Source: an uncultured Clostridia bacterium
GTDB taxonomy: Bacteria > Bacillota > Clostridia > TANB77 > CAG-508
DNA: 64,000 bases
Direction of reading: 5' to 3'
Assembly: GCA_947625685.1 (NCBI GenBank)
Contig: CANQPK010000019.1
Span: 5,059 to 69,058, forward strand
Below the pieces are notes generated by a model. It saw only the letters and a list, made by a program, of their open reading frames with translations, was not told the DNA's origin and made no database searches. Every line of letters begins with the position of its first letter. The stretch's first letter is position 1. Both the position numbers and the translations under genes were made by a program. This document shows, piece after piece, positions 11,321 to 21,395 of this stretch.

Positions 11321-12023
11321 ATGGGATTAAAAATGAAAGACCTTCCCACATCAGAAAGACCATATGAAAAATTAGAAATATATGGAGCAAAAAAGTTATC
11401 AAACTCAGAATTATTGGCAATAATAATAAAAAGCGGAACAAAAGAAGAAACGGCAGTGACACTTGCACAAAAAATACTAAACTTAAGTACAGATAATGAA
11501 GTAAAAAATTTAAATTTTTTACAAAATGTAACTATCGAAGAATTATCTAAAATAAAAGGAATAGGCAAAGTTAAAGCAATACAAATAGTTGCAGTATGTG
11601 AGATAGCAAGAAGGATGTCATTACCATTAGATATTTCAAACATAAGAGTAACAAGCTCACAAGATGTAGCAAATCTACTAAAAGATGAGCTAATCTATGA
11701 AAAACGAGAGGTTGTAAAAGTTATACTACTAAATTGTAGAAACACTATACAAAAGATTGTCGATTTATCTTATGGTGGGACAAATTTTGCTATACTTGAA
11801 CCAAAAGATGTGTTATATGAAGCTATTAAGATAAATGCACAAAATGTAATAATTGTACATAATCATCCGAGTCGGAAATCCATCTCCTAGTACAGAAGAT
11901 ATAAAAACAACGAAAAGATTAATAGAATGTGCAAAAATGTTAGGAGTAGAAATCTTAGATCATGTAATAATTGCAAAAAATGGATGTGAAAGTATTATGA
12001 AATTTATTAATAAGGAGAATTAA
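11321..12023 (+). CDS. radC: RadC-family JAMM protein; one +1 shift at in-frame CGG 11873
   Basis: HhH region GIGKVKA is present. Skipping C 11873 restores the JAMM motif HNHPSGNPSPSTEDI and extends the protein to TAA at 12021-12023, 1 nt before the mreB ATG. Confidence 0.88.
11873..11876 (+). other. In-frame CGG +1 recoding site (CGGA)
   Basis: radC: HNHPS-[c]GGA(G)-NPSPSTEDI. JAMM motif restored. Confidence 0.9.
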
Positions 12024-12024
12024 A

Positions 12025-13056
12025 ATGGGCATATTCAATTTTGGTTCAAAAGATATAGGAATAGATTTAGGTACGGCAAATATACTTGTAACATTAAAGG
12101 GAAAAGGAATAATTGTACAAGAACCTTCAGTTGTTGCAATAGATAGAAGAACAGAAAACATTGTTGCAACAGGAAATGAAGCAAAAGAAATGTTAGGAAG
12201 GACGCCTGAAGAGATAAAAGCAATAAGACCATTGAAAGACGGAGTAATAGCAGATTTTACAGCGACAAGAATGATGCTTAAGGATTTAATAGAAAAGATT
12301 TCGCAAAGGTACAAAATAGGAAAACCTAGAGTTGTAGTAGGAGTACCATCTGGAATTACAGAAGTAGAGGAAAGGGCAGTAGAAGAATCTGTTATACATG
12401 CTGGGGCGAGAGAAGTATATTTGATAGAAGAACCAATGGCAGCAGCCATAGGAAGCGGACTTGATATAGCAGAACCTAGTGGAAATATAATAGTAGATAT
12501 AGGTGGAGGAACAACAGAAGTTGCAGTTATTTCATTAGGAGGAATAGTTATTAGTAACTCAATAAGAGTTGCAGGTGATGAATTAGACGAAGATATAGTA
12601 AGTTATATAAAAAGAGAATATAATGTAGCGATAGGAGAAGGAACAGCAGAAGAAATAAAAAAAGAAATAGGCTGTGCTACTTCTTTGATGACAGAAAAAA
12701 CAATGAAAATTAAAGGAAGAGATTTAAGTACAGGACTTCCAAGGGATATAGAAGTTACATCTTCAGAGATACAAAAGGCTATGGAAAATTCTATAAAAGA
12801 TATAATTGATGTAATAAAAACAACTTTGGAAAAAACTCCTCCAGAACTATCATCAGATATTATGGAAAAGGGAATAATTTTGTCAGGAGGAGGAGCTCTA
12901 ATAGAAAATATAGATAAACTGGTAAGCGAAAAAACAGGAATGCCAGTATTTATTGCAGAAAATCCACTAGAATGTGTGGTAAGAGGAACAGAAAAGACCT
13001 TAGAGGATTTGGAAAAACTAAAAGCGATATTAGTAAATGCTAGAAAAAGAAAATAG
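12025..13056 (+). CDS. mreB: Rod shape-determining protein MreB
   Basis: Actin-fold motifs GIDLGTANI and DIGGGTTEVAVISLGG are present. Confidence 0.95.
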   Translation: MGIFNFGSKDIGIDLGTANILVTLKGKGIIVQEPSVVAIDRRTENIVATGNEAKEMLGRTPEEIKAIRPLKDGVIADFTATRMMLKDLIEKISQRYKIGKPRVVVGVPSGITEVEERAVEESVIHAGAREVYLIEEPMAAAIGSGLDIAEPSGNIIVDIGGGTTEVAVISLGGIVISNSIRVAGDELDEDIVSYIKREYNVAIGEGTAEEIKKEIGCATSLMTEKTMKIKGRDLSTGLPRDIEVTSSEIQKAMENSIKDIIDVIKTTLEKTPPELSSDIMEKGIILSGGGALIENIDKLVSEKTGMPVFIAENPLECVVRGTEKTLEDLEKLKAILVNARKRK

Positions 13057-13076
13057 TATTACATTGAAAGGAAATA

Positions 13077-13890
13077 ATGAAAGTGAGAAAAAAAACAAGT
13101 GTAGTAGGAATAATAATAACAATAGTTATATTACTTTTATTGGTATTTTTATCGAATTTAAAACTAGAAAATATTTCATATATTGAAAATGCATTTAGTA
13201 AAGTAGTTATGCCAATACAAACCGGATACACTTATCTTAAAAATAAAATTACTGGAAATACTAATTTCTTTACAAATATGGATGAACTAAAGGCAGAAAA
13301 TGAAGAATTAAGGAAAGAAAATACTGAAATAGAGCAACAGTTAAGAGAGTTAGAGGTAATAAAAGCTGAAAATGAAACTTTAAAAGAATATCTAGGATTG
13401 ACACAAAAGTATACAAATTATAATACGGTACCTGCATATATAATAAGTAAAGATGTAAGTAATTATAGTAATATATTTGTGATAAATGTAGGTAAAAAAG
13501 ACGGAATTGATTCAAATATGACAGTTATTGCAAATGAAGGGCTTGTTCGGTTATGTAGTGTCAGTAACTGAAGATACAGCAAAAGTACAGACAATAATAG
13601 ATCCATCTAATTCCGTATCAGCAAGTCTAAGTGAAACAGAGGATAGTATTATTTGTAAAGGTAGCCTAGAAAATAAAAAAATTAAGGCTACATATATACC
13701 AACCAATGCAAATATTTCAGAAGATGAGTCAATAGAAACATCTGGAATGGGAGGAATATATCCAAAGGGTATTATAATAGGTAAAGTAAAAGAAATTATA
13801 GAAACTTTAAACCCATTAGATAGATATGTTTGGATAGAACCAGCAGTAGATTTTGAAAAAGTAGAAACAGTTCTTGTTATAACAAATTAA
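13077..13890 (+). CDS. mreC: Rod shape-determining protein MreC; one +1 shift at CGG 13548
   Basis: It has a TM segment and a coiled coil. ORFs 13077..13571 and 13528..13890 join as ...ANEGLV-G-YVVSVTEDTAKVQTIID. Confidence 0.85.
13548..13551 (+). other. In-frame CGG +1 recoding site (CGGT)
   Basis: mreC: ANEGLV-[c]GGT(G)-YVVSVTEDTAKV. Confidence 0.85.
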
Positions 13891-13906
13891 ATGAGAGGAA
13901 TAATAT

Positions 13907-14442
13907 ATGAAAAAAACCATAACTATTATAATTTTATGTATAACATTTATATTTATATATTTACTTGAACTTAATTTTTTCAGTTGGTTCACAATTGCAG
14001 GAATACGACCAAACTTATTTGTAATATTTACACTATTTATAGGATTATATTCTGGAAGAAGAATGCGGAGCTATCTTTGGTGGAGCATTCGGTTTAATCA
14101 TAGATATATTAAATAATAATATTATTGCACCAACAGGAGTTGCATTAGCAATAGTTGGATTCATACGGAGGATACCTAGAAAAAAGCTTATCTAAAGACA
14201 GCAAAATTACAATGATATTATTAAGTATTGGGGCAACAGTTGGCACAGAAATATTTATATACTTTTATAAAGGCTTAATGTTATCATCAAACATAGAAAT
14301 ACTAGCATTTTTAAAAATTTTATTAATAGAAGTCATATATAATGGAATTTTAACAATAATATTATATCCATTAATGCAAAAACTTGGATATAAAATGGAA
14401 CATATATTTAAAAACCCACAAGTATTAACAAGATATTTTTAA
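13907..14442 (+). CDS. mreD: Rod shape-determining protein MreD; two +1 shifts at CGG 14066 and 14166
   Basis: Polytopic membrane protein. The frame order is 2, then 0, then 1. The middle segment GAIFGGAFGLIIDILNNNIIAPTGVALAIVGFI is open only between the two CGGs. Confidence 0.8.
14066..14069 (+). other. In-frame CGG +1 recoding site (CGGA)
   Basis: mreD: LYSGRRM-[c]GGA(G)-AIFGGAFGLIIDIL. Confidence 0.8.
14166..14169 (+). other. In-frame CGG +1 recoding site (CGGA)
   Basis: mreD: LAIVGFI-[c]GGA(G)-GYLEKSLSKD. Confidence 0.8.
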
Positions 14443-14459
14443 AAAAAGAGGAGTAGAAC

Positions 14460-16568
14460 TTGGAAAGATATAGAAAGAAGAAAAATCCTAATATAAAATT
14501 AAGATATAATATGCTGAGTGCTTTCATCTATGTAGCTGGAATAATACTCTTAATTCAACTATTTAATCTCCAAATAATAAATGGAGCTACATATAGAGAA
14601 ACATCTAATACAAGATTAGCACGCGAAAGTACATTATATGGGGCAAGAGGAAGCATTTTAGATAGAAATGGTAATACCTTAGCGACTGAAGAAATGACTT
14701 TTTCTTTGGAAATGTATAAAACAAAAATAGAAAATAATTTATTAAATGAAACAATATTAAAAATGATAAATACACTAGAGCAGAACGGAGATAGTTATAC
14801 AGATACATTTCCGATTAAAATAAACCCATTTGAGTATACATTTACTAATGAAGAAAAGAAAAATGAATGGCTAAAAAAATACAATTTACTAAATGAAACT
14901 TCAGCAGAAGATGCTTTCAATTATTTTAAAGATAAATATAGCATAGAAAATACTGAGATAGAAGATGTAAGAAAAATATTATCTGTGAGATATAGAATAA
15001 GTTCAGAAGGATATAGTTCAACAAAATCACTTACTATATCGACAAATATAAGTAGAAATAGCGCATTGATATTTACAGAACAAAATGATTTATATCCAGG
15101 CATAAGCGTAGGACAAAACTCAAAAAGAGTCTATCCAAATGGAACACTTGCATCACATATTTTAGGATATATAAATTCAATTTCACAGCCACAATATGAA
15201 GCAAATAAAGACAATGGATACACTATGAATGATATTTACGGACAAACAGGAATAGAATATGTATTTGAACCATATTTAAAAGGTAAAAATGGAATAAGAC
15301 AAATAGATATGTCAGTAGATGGAAGTATAGTAGATGAATATATAGATGAAGAAGCTATTGCAGGTTCAGATGTAGTCTTAACAATAGATGCAAATCTACA
15401 AAAGATTACGGAGCAGGCATTACAAGATACAATAAACAATGTAAAAAATGGAGGATATGGTAAGCCATATGATGCAAATGCAGGAGCTATTGTAGTAATG
15501 GATGTAAATACAGGAGAAGTGCTTGCAATGGCAAGTTATCCAAACTTTGAGCCAAGTGCATTTGTCGGGGGAATAAGTAGTGAACTTTGGAAAAGTTATA
15601 ATGCAAAAGAGAATAATAACCCATTAATTAATAGAGCAATATCAGGAACTTACGCACCAGGGTCAACATTTAAAATGGTAACAGCAACTGCAGCACTTCA
15701 AACAGGAAATGTAACAACATCTGAAAAAATAAACGATACAGGGGTTTATCCAAGAGGGCATAACCCAGAGTGTTGGTATTATAGACAATATAGAAGAGGA
15801 CATGGATATATAAATATTACAAGTGCTATAAGACAATCTTGCAACTATTTCTTCTATGAAATGGGATATAGAGTTGGAATAGAAACTCTTTCAAGATATG
15901 CAAATGCTTTTGGACTTGGAAGAAAGACAGGCATAGAGCTTACGAGTGAAAATGCAGGAATTGTAGCAACTCCTGAAGTAGCAAAAGCAAATGGAGAAAC
16001 TTGGACAGTGGGATATACATTATCAGCAGCAATAGGACAAACATATAATAGTTTTACTCCATTACAAATGGCAAAATATATTAGCATATTAGCAAATGGT
16101 GGAAAACAAGTAAATCCTACAATAGTAAAAACGATAATAAATGCAAACAAAACAGAAGTAACAAAAGAGGAAATACAAAATAGTACGAAAGAAAGATTAA
16201 ATTTAAATCTAGAAAAAACAGATGATATAGAAATATCAGAAGAAAACTTAAATGCAATATTAAAGGGAATGAGGGGCGTTACAAGCGAAAGTGGAGGAAC
16301 AGCATATTCAGTATTTAAAAACTTTAATATAAAAATAGGAGGAAAAACTGGTTCTGCACAAAAAGAAAATGCGACTAATGCATGGTTTGTAGGATTTGCT
16401 CCATATGATAATCCAGAAATTGCAATAGCAGTTATAATAGAAAATGGTGGAACAGGTAAAAATGCATGTTATCCTGCAAGAGAAATCTTAGAGCAATATT
16501 TCGGAATGAACGAAGGAGAAATAAATGAGAATCTAACAGCAAAGCCTTATGTAGAAACTCAAAACTAA
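14460..16568 (+). CDS. mrdA: Penicillin-binding protein 2 (elongation transpeptidase)
   Basis: TTG start follows an AGAGGAG RBS. SxxK motif is in GSTFK. It lies downstream of mreBCD. Confidence 0.85.
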   Translation: MERYRKKKNPNIKLRYNMLSAFIYVAGIILLIQLFNLQIINGATYRETSNTRLARESTLYGARGSILDRNGNTLATEEMTFSLEMYKTKIENNLLNETILKMINTLEQNGDSYTDTFPIKINPFEYTFTNEEKKNEWLKKYNLLNETSAEDAFNYFKDKYSIENTEIEDVRKILSVRYRISSEGYSSTKSLTISTNISRNSALIFTEQNDLYPGISVGQNSKRVYPNGTLASHILGYINSISQPQYEANKDNGYTMNDIYGQTGIEYVFEPYLKGKNGIRQIDMSVDGSIVDEYIDEEAIAGSDVVLTIDANLQKITEQALQDTINNVKNGGYGKPYDANAGAIVVMDVNTGEVLAMASYPNFEPSAFVGGISSELWKSYNAKENNNPLINRAISGTYAPGSTFKMVTATAALQTGNVTTSEKINDTGVYPRGHNPECWYYRQYRRGHGYINITSAIRQSCNYFFYEMGYRVGIETLSRYANAFGLGRKTGIELTSENAGIVATPEVAKANGETWTVGYTLSAAIGQTYNSFTPLQMAKYISILANGGKQVNPTIVKTIINANKTEVTKEEIQNSTKERLNLNLEKTDDIEISEENLNAILKGMRGVTSESGGTAYSVFKNFNIKIGGKTGSAQKENATNAWFVGFAPYDNPEIAIAVIIENGGTGKNACYPAREILEQYFGMNEGEINENLTAKPYVETQN

Positions 16569-16602
16569 AGAAATAAATTAAAGCAATGTAAGTAAGAAAG
16601 GA

Positions 16603-17034
16603 ATGATAAAAATGGTAGCAGGAAAACATAGTGATAATAGTAAACAAAAAGTAGAATTAGGACTTCATACAATAGAAAAATCTTTCAATAGAAAAATAGA
16701 AGAAACAGTAACGAAAGTATATAACGGTTCATTAAGGTCGGGTAAAAAGATAGAATTTGAAGGAAGCGTAGTTATATTAGGAGATATAAATGCTGGAGCA
16801 GAAGTATTCGCAGAAGATCATATCATAGTCCTTGGAGAAATAAGAGGATTAGCACATGCAGGAGCTAATGGAAACAAAAAAGCAATAATCGCAGCAAATT
16901 CAATAGCTTGTCCACAGATAAGAATTGCAGATATAGTAAAAGAAATAGAAAAACCTGAGAATACCGATGAATATGAAGAAACAGAGATTAAGACAAGAGC
17001 GTATGTAGAAGGAAAGAAAATAATATTAGAATGA
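16603..17034 (+). CDS. minC: MinC, C-terminal beta-helix domain only (143 aa)
   Basis: Sequence VVILGDINAGAEVFAEDHIIVLGEIRGLAHAGANGNKKAIIAANSIACPQIRIADI is the MinC C-terminal domain. No minD or minE follows. Confidence 0.75.
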   Translation: MIKMVAGKHSDNSKQKVELGLHTIEKSFNRKIEETVTKVYNGSLRSGKKIEFEGSVVILGDINAGAEVFAEDHIIVLGEIRGLAHAGANGNKKAIIAANSIACPQIRIADIVKEIEKPENTDEYEETEIKTRAYVEGKKIILE

Positions 17035-17077
17035 TAACTGCTTACTTAGCTATTGCAAATTTATAGATTGAAATATT

Positions 17078-17386
17078 TTAAGATAAAAGAAGAAGAATTA
17101 GTGCAATAAAAAGACTTTGGTCTTTTACACCTTCATTATATAGAAAAAATATGAGGGAAATGAGTAGAATATCATCAAAAAATAGTTTAATACCAAACAA
17201 TTCAAAAATAGGATTTTCATGAGAAACAGAGTCAGATGAATTAAAAACTTTAGATTCATCTGGCTTATTTTTTTCGTTTATATTTTTTGAGTTTTTATGT
17301 ATTTGACTATTATAATATCCATATGGTCGATAGAAATTAGCAAATGGATAAAAGCCATACGGATTTCTAAAAAAATAAGGTCCCAT
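17078..17386 (-). CDS. Hypothetical membrane-anchored protein (Tyr/Phe/Pro-rich N-terminus, C-terminal TM)
   Basis: ORF only. Its start overlaps the upstream gene's stop by 1 nt. Confidence 0.5.
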   Translation of the reverse strand: MGPYFFRNPYGFYPFANFYRPYGYYNSQIHKNSKNINEKNKPDESKVFNSSDSVSHENPIFELFGIKLFFDDILLISLIFFLYNEGVKDQSLFIALILLLLS

Positions 17387-17739
17387 TATTTTTGCACCTC
17401 ATTCTTAGAGTTTCCAAATTCTTCTAAAACTCTACTCATATTAAATAATTTTATATATTGATCAACTTTTTCTTTTCTACTATTTTTTAGGTAAGGCTTA
17501 AGGGATAAGAGCAAATTAGATCTAGGGTCATCATTATTATTAAACTTTTCCATTATAGATTTCATTTTCATTATAGTTTCAAAATCAATAGTAGAATTTG
17601 AATTATCTGAATTAGAAGATTTTTCAGAATTATTAGAAGAAAGAGAAGATAAAATATTCTTCATTTCATCAGGAATATTGCCTTCATCAACCATACTTTT
17701 AAATTTATTAAAAAGTTCAGACATATCTTCATTGTTCAT
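17386..17739 (-). CDS. Hypothetical protein (Ser/Asn-rich linker)
   Basis: ORF only. Confidence 0.5.
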   Translation of the reverse strand: MNNEDMSELFNKFKSMVDEGNIPDEMKNILSSLSSNNSEKSSNSDNSNSTIDFETIMKMKSIMEKFNNNDDPRSNLLLSLKPYLKNSRKEKVDQYIKLFNMSRVLEEFGNSKNEVQK

Positions 17740-17776
17740 ATAAAAATCCTTCTTCCTTTAAATAAAATTATTACCA

Positions 17777-17923
17777 CTATTTAAGGCCATTTAATTTCTT
17801 TAAAATTTCATCTTTATTTGAAGAATTTAAAATCTGTGATGCTTGAGAAAGTCCCTTTTCTAAATCTTTTTTATCCATTTTGGAAAGCATTTCCATAAGC
17901 TTTTGCATATCAAAATCATTCAT
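17777..17923 (-). CDS. Hypothetical small protein (48 aa)
   Basis: ATG at 17923 lies 9 nt after a GAGGAGG RBS. Translation begins MNDFDMQKLMEMLSKMDKKDLEKGL... Confidence 0.5.
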   Translation of the reverse strand: MNDFDMQKLMEMLSKMDKKDLEKGLSQASQILNSSNKDEILKKLNGLK

Positions 17924-18068
17924 AAACGATATCCTCCTCTTCATTATGAGTATATGCAATATAGTATGCTAAAAATTCAAAAAAGGTTACTAGATAAAAG
18001 GCACATTTAATTAAAATAGATTAATATTACAGAAATATTATTTTTTTATTACAAATTAATAATTTCAG

Positions 18069-18097
18069 TTGACCAAAGCAATAAAATGATGTACAAT
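18069..18097 (+). promoter_or_regulatory. Sigma-A type promoter of surface cassette 1
   Basis: TTGACC, 17-nt spacer, TACAAT. The paralogous promoter is at 45802..45830. Confidence 0.65.
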
Positions 18098-18172
18098 AAA
18101 CTAAAATTAACTAATAATCTAAGTTAATTTTTGCACTTAACGAATGCAAAAAAAATTGGAGGGAAACGAAAG

Positions 18173-18241
<69 letters not shown>

Positions 18242-18257
18242 AAGAAAAAGGTAATAT

Positions 18258-18308
18258 AAGGACACACAGGACTTATACTTTTTAAGTATAGGGATAGTGT
18301 GTCTTTTT
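18258..18308 (+). terminator. Leader terminator/attenuator hairpin of cassette 1
   Basis: Outer stem GACACAC / GTGTGTC and inner stem CTTATACTT / AAGTATAGG, followed by TTTTT. Confidence 0.65.
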
Positions 18309-18341
18309 GTTATATATAAAAAAAGAAGGGAAGGAAAACAA

Positions 18342-18857
18342 ATGAAAGATTCAGAAAAAAGGAACATACTGATACTACTAGTAGTTTCAGTAGTAATCGT
18401 TGTAGGACTAAACATATTTGTTAAAGTAAATACAAAACCACAAAATGATCAAACAAATACAGGAACAACATTAGGAAACGCACCATTAGATGAGCAAAAA
18501 AATGAAAAACAAGAAGAAGAAATAGACGAATATACACAAGTGCTAGCAGATGGAAGCAAGTTAAACATAAGTGATAATTTAGCAAAAGGAAAAACATTTG
18601 AAGGCTTAGAAATAACAAATATGCAATTAAAAGAAGAAGGAGAAACAACTAGATTATTAGCAGATGTAGAAAACAAGACAGGAGCAAAAACAAAAGACAG
18701 GATGATAAAAATTGATTTCTTAGACAAAGACGGTAATGTAATAACTACAATGAGAGGATTTATAAATCCAATGGAAGCAGGAGGAAAAAGCAGAATAAAT
18801 TTATCAGTATCAGCAGATGTATCAAACACATATGACATAAAGATAAGTAATGTATAG
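18342..18857 (+). CDS. Small N-terminally anchored protein, cassette 1 (paralog of 46082..46549)
   Basis: Begins MKDSEKRNILILLVVSVVIVV (TM) followed by a beta-rich domain. Both copies share the N-terminus MKDSEK and the motif GLEIT. Confidence 0.7.
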   Translation: MKDSEKRNILILLVVSVVIVVGLNIFVKVNTKPQNDQTNTGTTLGNAPLDEQKNEKQEEEIDEYTQVLADGSKLNISDNLAKGKTFEGLEITNMQLKEEGETTRLLADVENKTGAKTKDRMIKIDFLDKDGNVITTMRGFINPMEAGGKSRINLSVSADVSNTYDIKISNV

Positions 18858-18870
18858 AAGGAGGAAAAAA

Positions 18871-21253
18871 ATGAAGGAAAGGAAAAGAAAAAGAAAAAGT
18901 GAAGAAGGAATAACTCTGATAGCTTTAATTATAACAATAATAATATTAATAATCCTATCAGTAGTAACGATAGCAAATGTAGCCCATTCAGACTTATTCG
19001 GACTAGCAAAAGATTCAGCAGAAGAATATGGAAAAAGTGAAGTAGAAGAAAGATTTAAGCTAGCAGAAGCAAGTGTTGCAGCAAAAGCAGCAGAAGACGG
19101 AAAAAATGTAACTGTAGATGATTATGTAGAAGAACTAAAAAAGGAAGGAATAATAAATCCAGACCAAGTAACAAAAAATGATGACGGAAGTAGTGAGGTA
19201 GTAACACCAGACGGCTGGGTAGCAAAAGTAATACCTGATGAAGAAGGAAACTATAAAGACGTAGAGGTAGAGGGAAAGGCAGATAATTTATCAGTATATA
19301 TAACGAAGATACTAGCAGAAGCAGAAGGAACAGACGGAATAAAGGTAAGTGTAGAAGCAATAAGAGATGAAAAAGCAACATACTCATATTATTATAAAGA
19401 AGGAACAAAAAGTGAAGAAGGAGAATATTTACCAATAGTAGAAAATGTATCAGATAAAAGCTATTCAAAAAGAGGACTAAAACAAGAAACAATATATACA
19501 GTAAGAGTAGATGCAAAAGATTCAAGAGGAGAAAGTACAAAATATGCAGAAGTAAGGACAGGAGCTATAGGAAATGCAGAGGGAGTAATAACACTTGGAA
19601 GTGTAATTTGGGAAAATGGAATAGCAAGAGTACCAGTAGAAAGCAATTCAAATAGTTCATTACAAATGAGATACACTGTATATGATGCAACGAATAATAT
19701 AGTATCAGGAAAAGAAAATCAACCAATACAAGTTGGACAGTCAATAGGAGACTTGTATGTGGGATATTTAGTTAGAGTAAGACTAACAGACGGTACGAAC
19801 TATTCACCAGATGATGCAAGTGTAACAATAGTAGATATTGGAAAACCAGCTCAACCAACGATACAAATAGCAGAAACAGCGACAGTAGATAATTGGTATA
19901 ATAAAGTGATAAATGTAACAATAACAGCAGGAGCAGATGCAGAATCTGGAGCAAATAAGATAAGATATGAAGTAACAGGAGCAGAAGCAAGTATAGGAAA
20001 TGTAACAACAACAGAGGGAACATTAACAGCAACATTAAAAATAAATACAGACGGAATAACAACAATAAAAGCATATACAATAGATAAAGCAAATAATGAA
20101 ACAGCAGAACCAAAACAAATAACATTACAAAAAGACACATCAAAACCAAATGCACCAACGATAAATGTAACAGATGGAGCAACAGCAAATCAAGCGGAAT
20201 ATTCAAAAGAAATAACAGCAACAATAACACCAGGAGGAGAAACAGGAACAATACAATCAGGAATAAAGGAAACGACATACAGTATAACAGGAACGAATGG
20301 ATTTACAGCAGATACAGGAACAATACCAAGTGGAAACAAAGTAGCAAAACTATCTCAAGTTGCACAATATACAATAACAGCAACAACCAAAGACAAAGCA
20401 GGAAATGAGGCAACAACAACAAAATCTGTAAAAATAAATGAAAGAATGATTGGAGAACGTGTAAATTATTCAGTAGATATTGATGGAAATAAAAATGACT
20501 ACGATTGGAGAGTTTTCTATAAGGATCCATCTAATGGTAGAATATTCATAATACCTGATGATTATGTAGCTTATTCATACGTATCAACAAGTGCGAGCAG
20601 GGCTGGAATGTCAAGAGGAACCGGTACTTATGCTCAATACTGCTGGTACTGGCCTTCAGACCCAGGTCATCAGGATATTCCAGAGAGCCCAGATAATATA
20701 CAAACTTTATTCTGGCTAAGACAAGGAGAAGTTGGATGGCGTAGTGGAGATTATGCAGAATATAATACAAACTGTGTATCAAGAATGATGGTTCCAAGTA
20801 ACTGGTCACAGTTCATAGATTCACAGCGGTTTCGGACAATATGCTATAGGTGGACCTACTCTTGAAATGTTCCGTGAGAGTTGGAATGCGTCTCATTCTC
20901 CAAAAATTCAGACAGAGGGTGGTTACTCTGGATATCAAGTAAAACTTGATAATCAAACTGACTATACCGATAATTTGCAGTTACCTGGTGCCGATGCAGT
21001 AAACGATAGCCTATGGTTCCCACACTTAAATAATAACACATCTGTAAACGGCAACAATGCATGTATTGGATATTGGTTAGCATCGACTGGTCCATTGTAT
21101 AGTAAAGTGTTCCTTGCAACCTATGATGGTTACTTGTACGGAGCTTATGTATTTACTAGTGGGTATGAAGGACTTCGTCCAGTTGTATGCCTAAATGCAA
21201 ATGTTAAAATGACTTATGATGAAGCACAACAAATGTTTATATTATCAAAATAA
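18871..21253 (+). CDS. Large prepilin-like (class III signal) surface protein with Ig-like repeats, cassette 1; one +1 shift at CGG 20827
   Basis: N-terminus is KRKSEEG-ITLIALIITIIILIIL. ORFs 18850..20865 and 20867..21253 join as ...QFIDSQ-G-FGQYAIGGPTLEMFRESW. Confidence 0.75.
20827..20830 (+). other. In-frame CGG +1 recoding site (CGGT)
   Basis: Pilin-like giant protein 1: QFIDSQ-[c]GGT(G)-FGQYAIGGPTLEMF. Confidence 0.75.
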
Positions 21254-21280
21254 TATTAAATATCATTACTTTATAAGCAA

Positions 21281-21312
21281 TACGAGATGTCATATATGAC
21301 ATCTCGTACTTT
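21281..21312 (+). terminator. Intrinsic terminator
   Basis: Perfect palindrome TACGAGATGTCATA/TATGACATCTCGTA with a weak T-run. Confidence 0.6.
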
Positions 21313-21395
21313 ATATGTAAGAATCACATAAAACACTTGTAATTTAAGCAAAAATAATATATAATAATTGAATAATGTAGGCAAATCTGAAAGGA

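Noticed and set aside
19055-20278. Long Leu/Phe/Ser-rich minus-strand ORFs in the track (19055..19540, 19772..20278, 45864..46520, 46847..47371, 47948..48412 and similar).
   Set aside because: These are antisense shadows of purine-rich (GAA/AAA/ACA) coding sequence. They are low complexity, have no RBS, and overlap well-supported plus-strand genes.
21254-21395. Possible T-box leaders upstream of hisS (21254..21395) and pheS (22729..22780).
   Set aside because: The intergenic regions are too short (about 140 and 50 nt), and no specifier-loop or T-box consensus (AATTAGGGTGGNACCGCG-like) is present.
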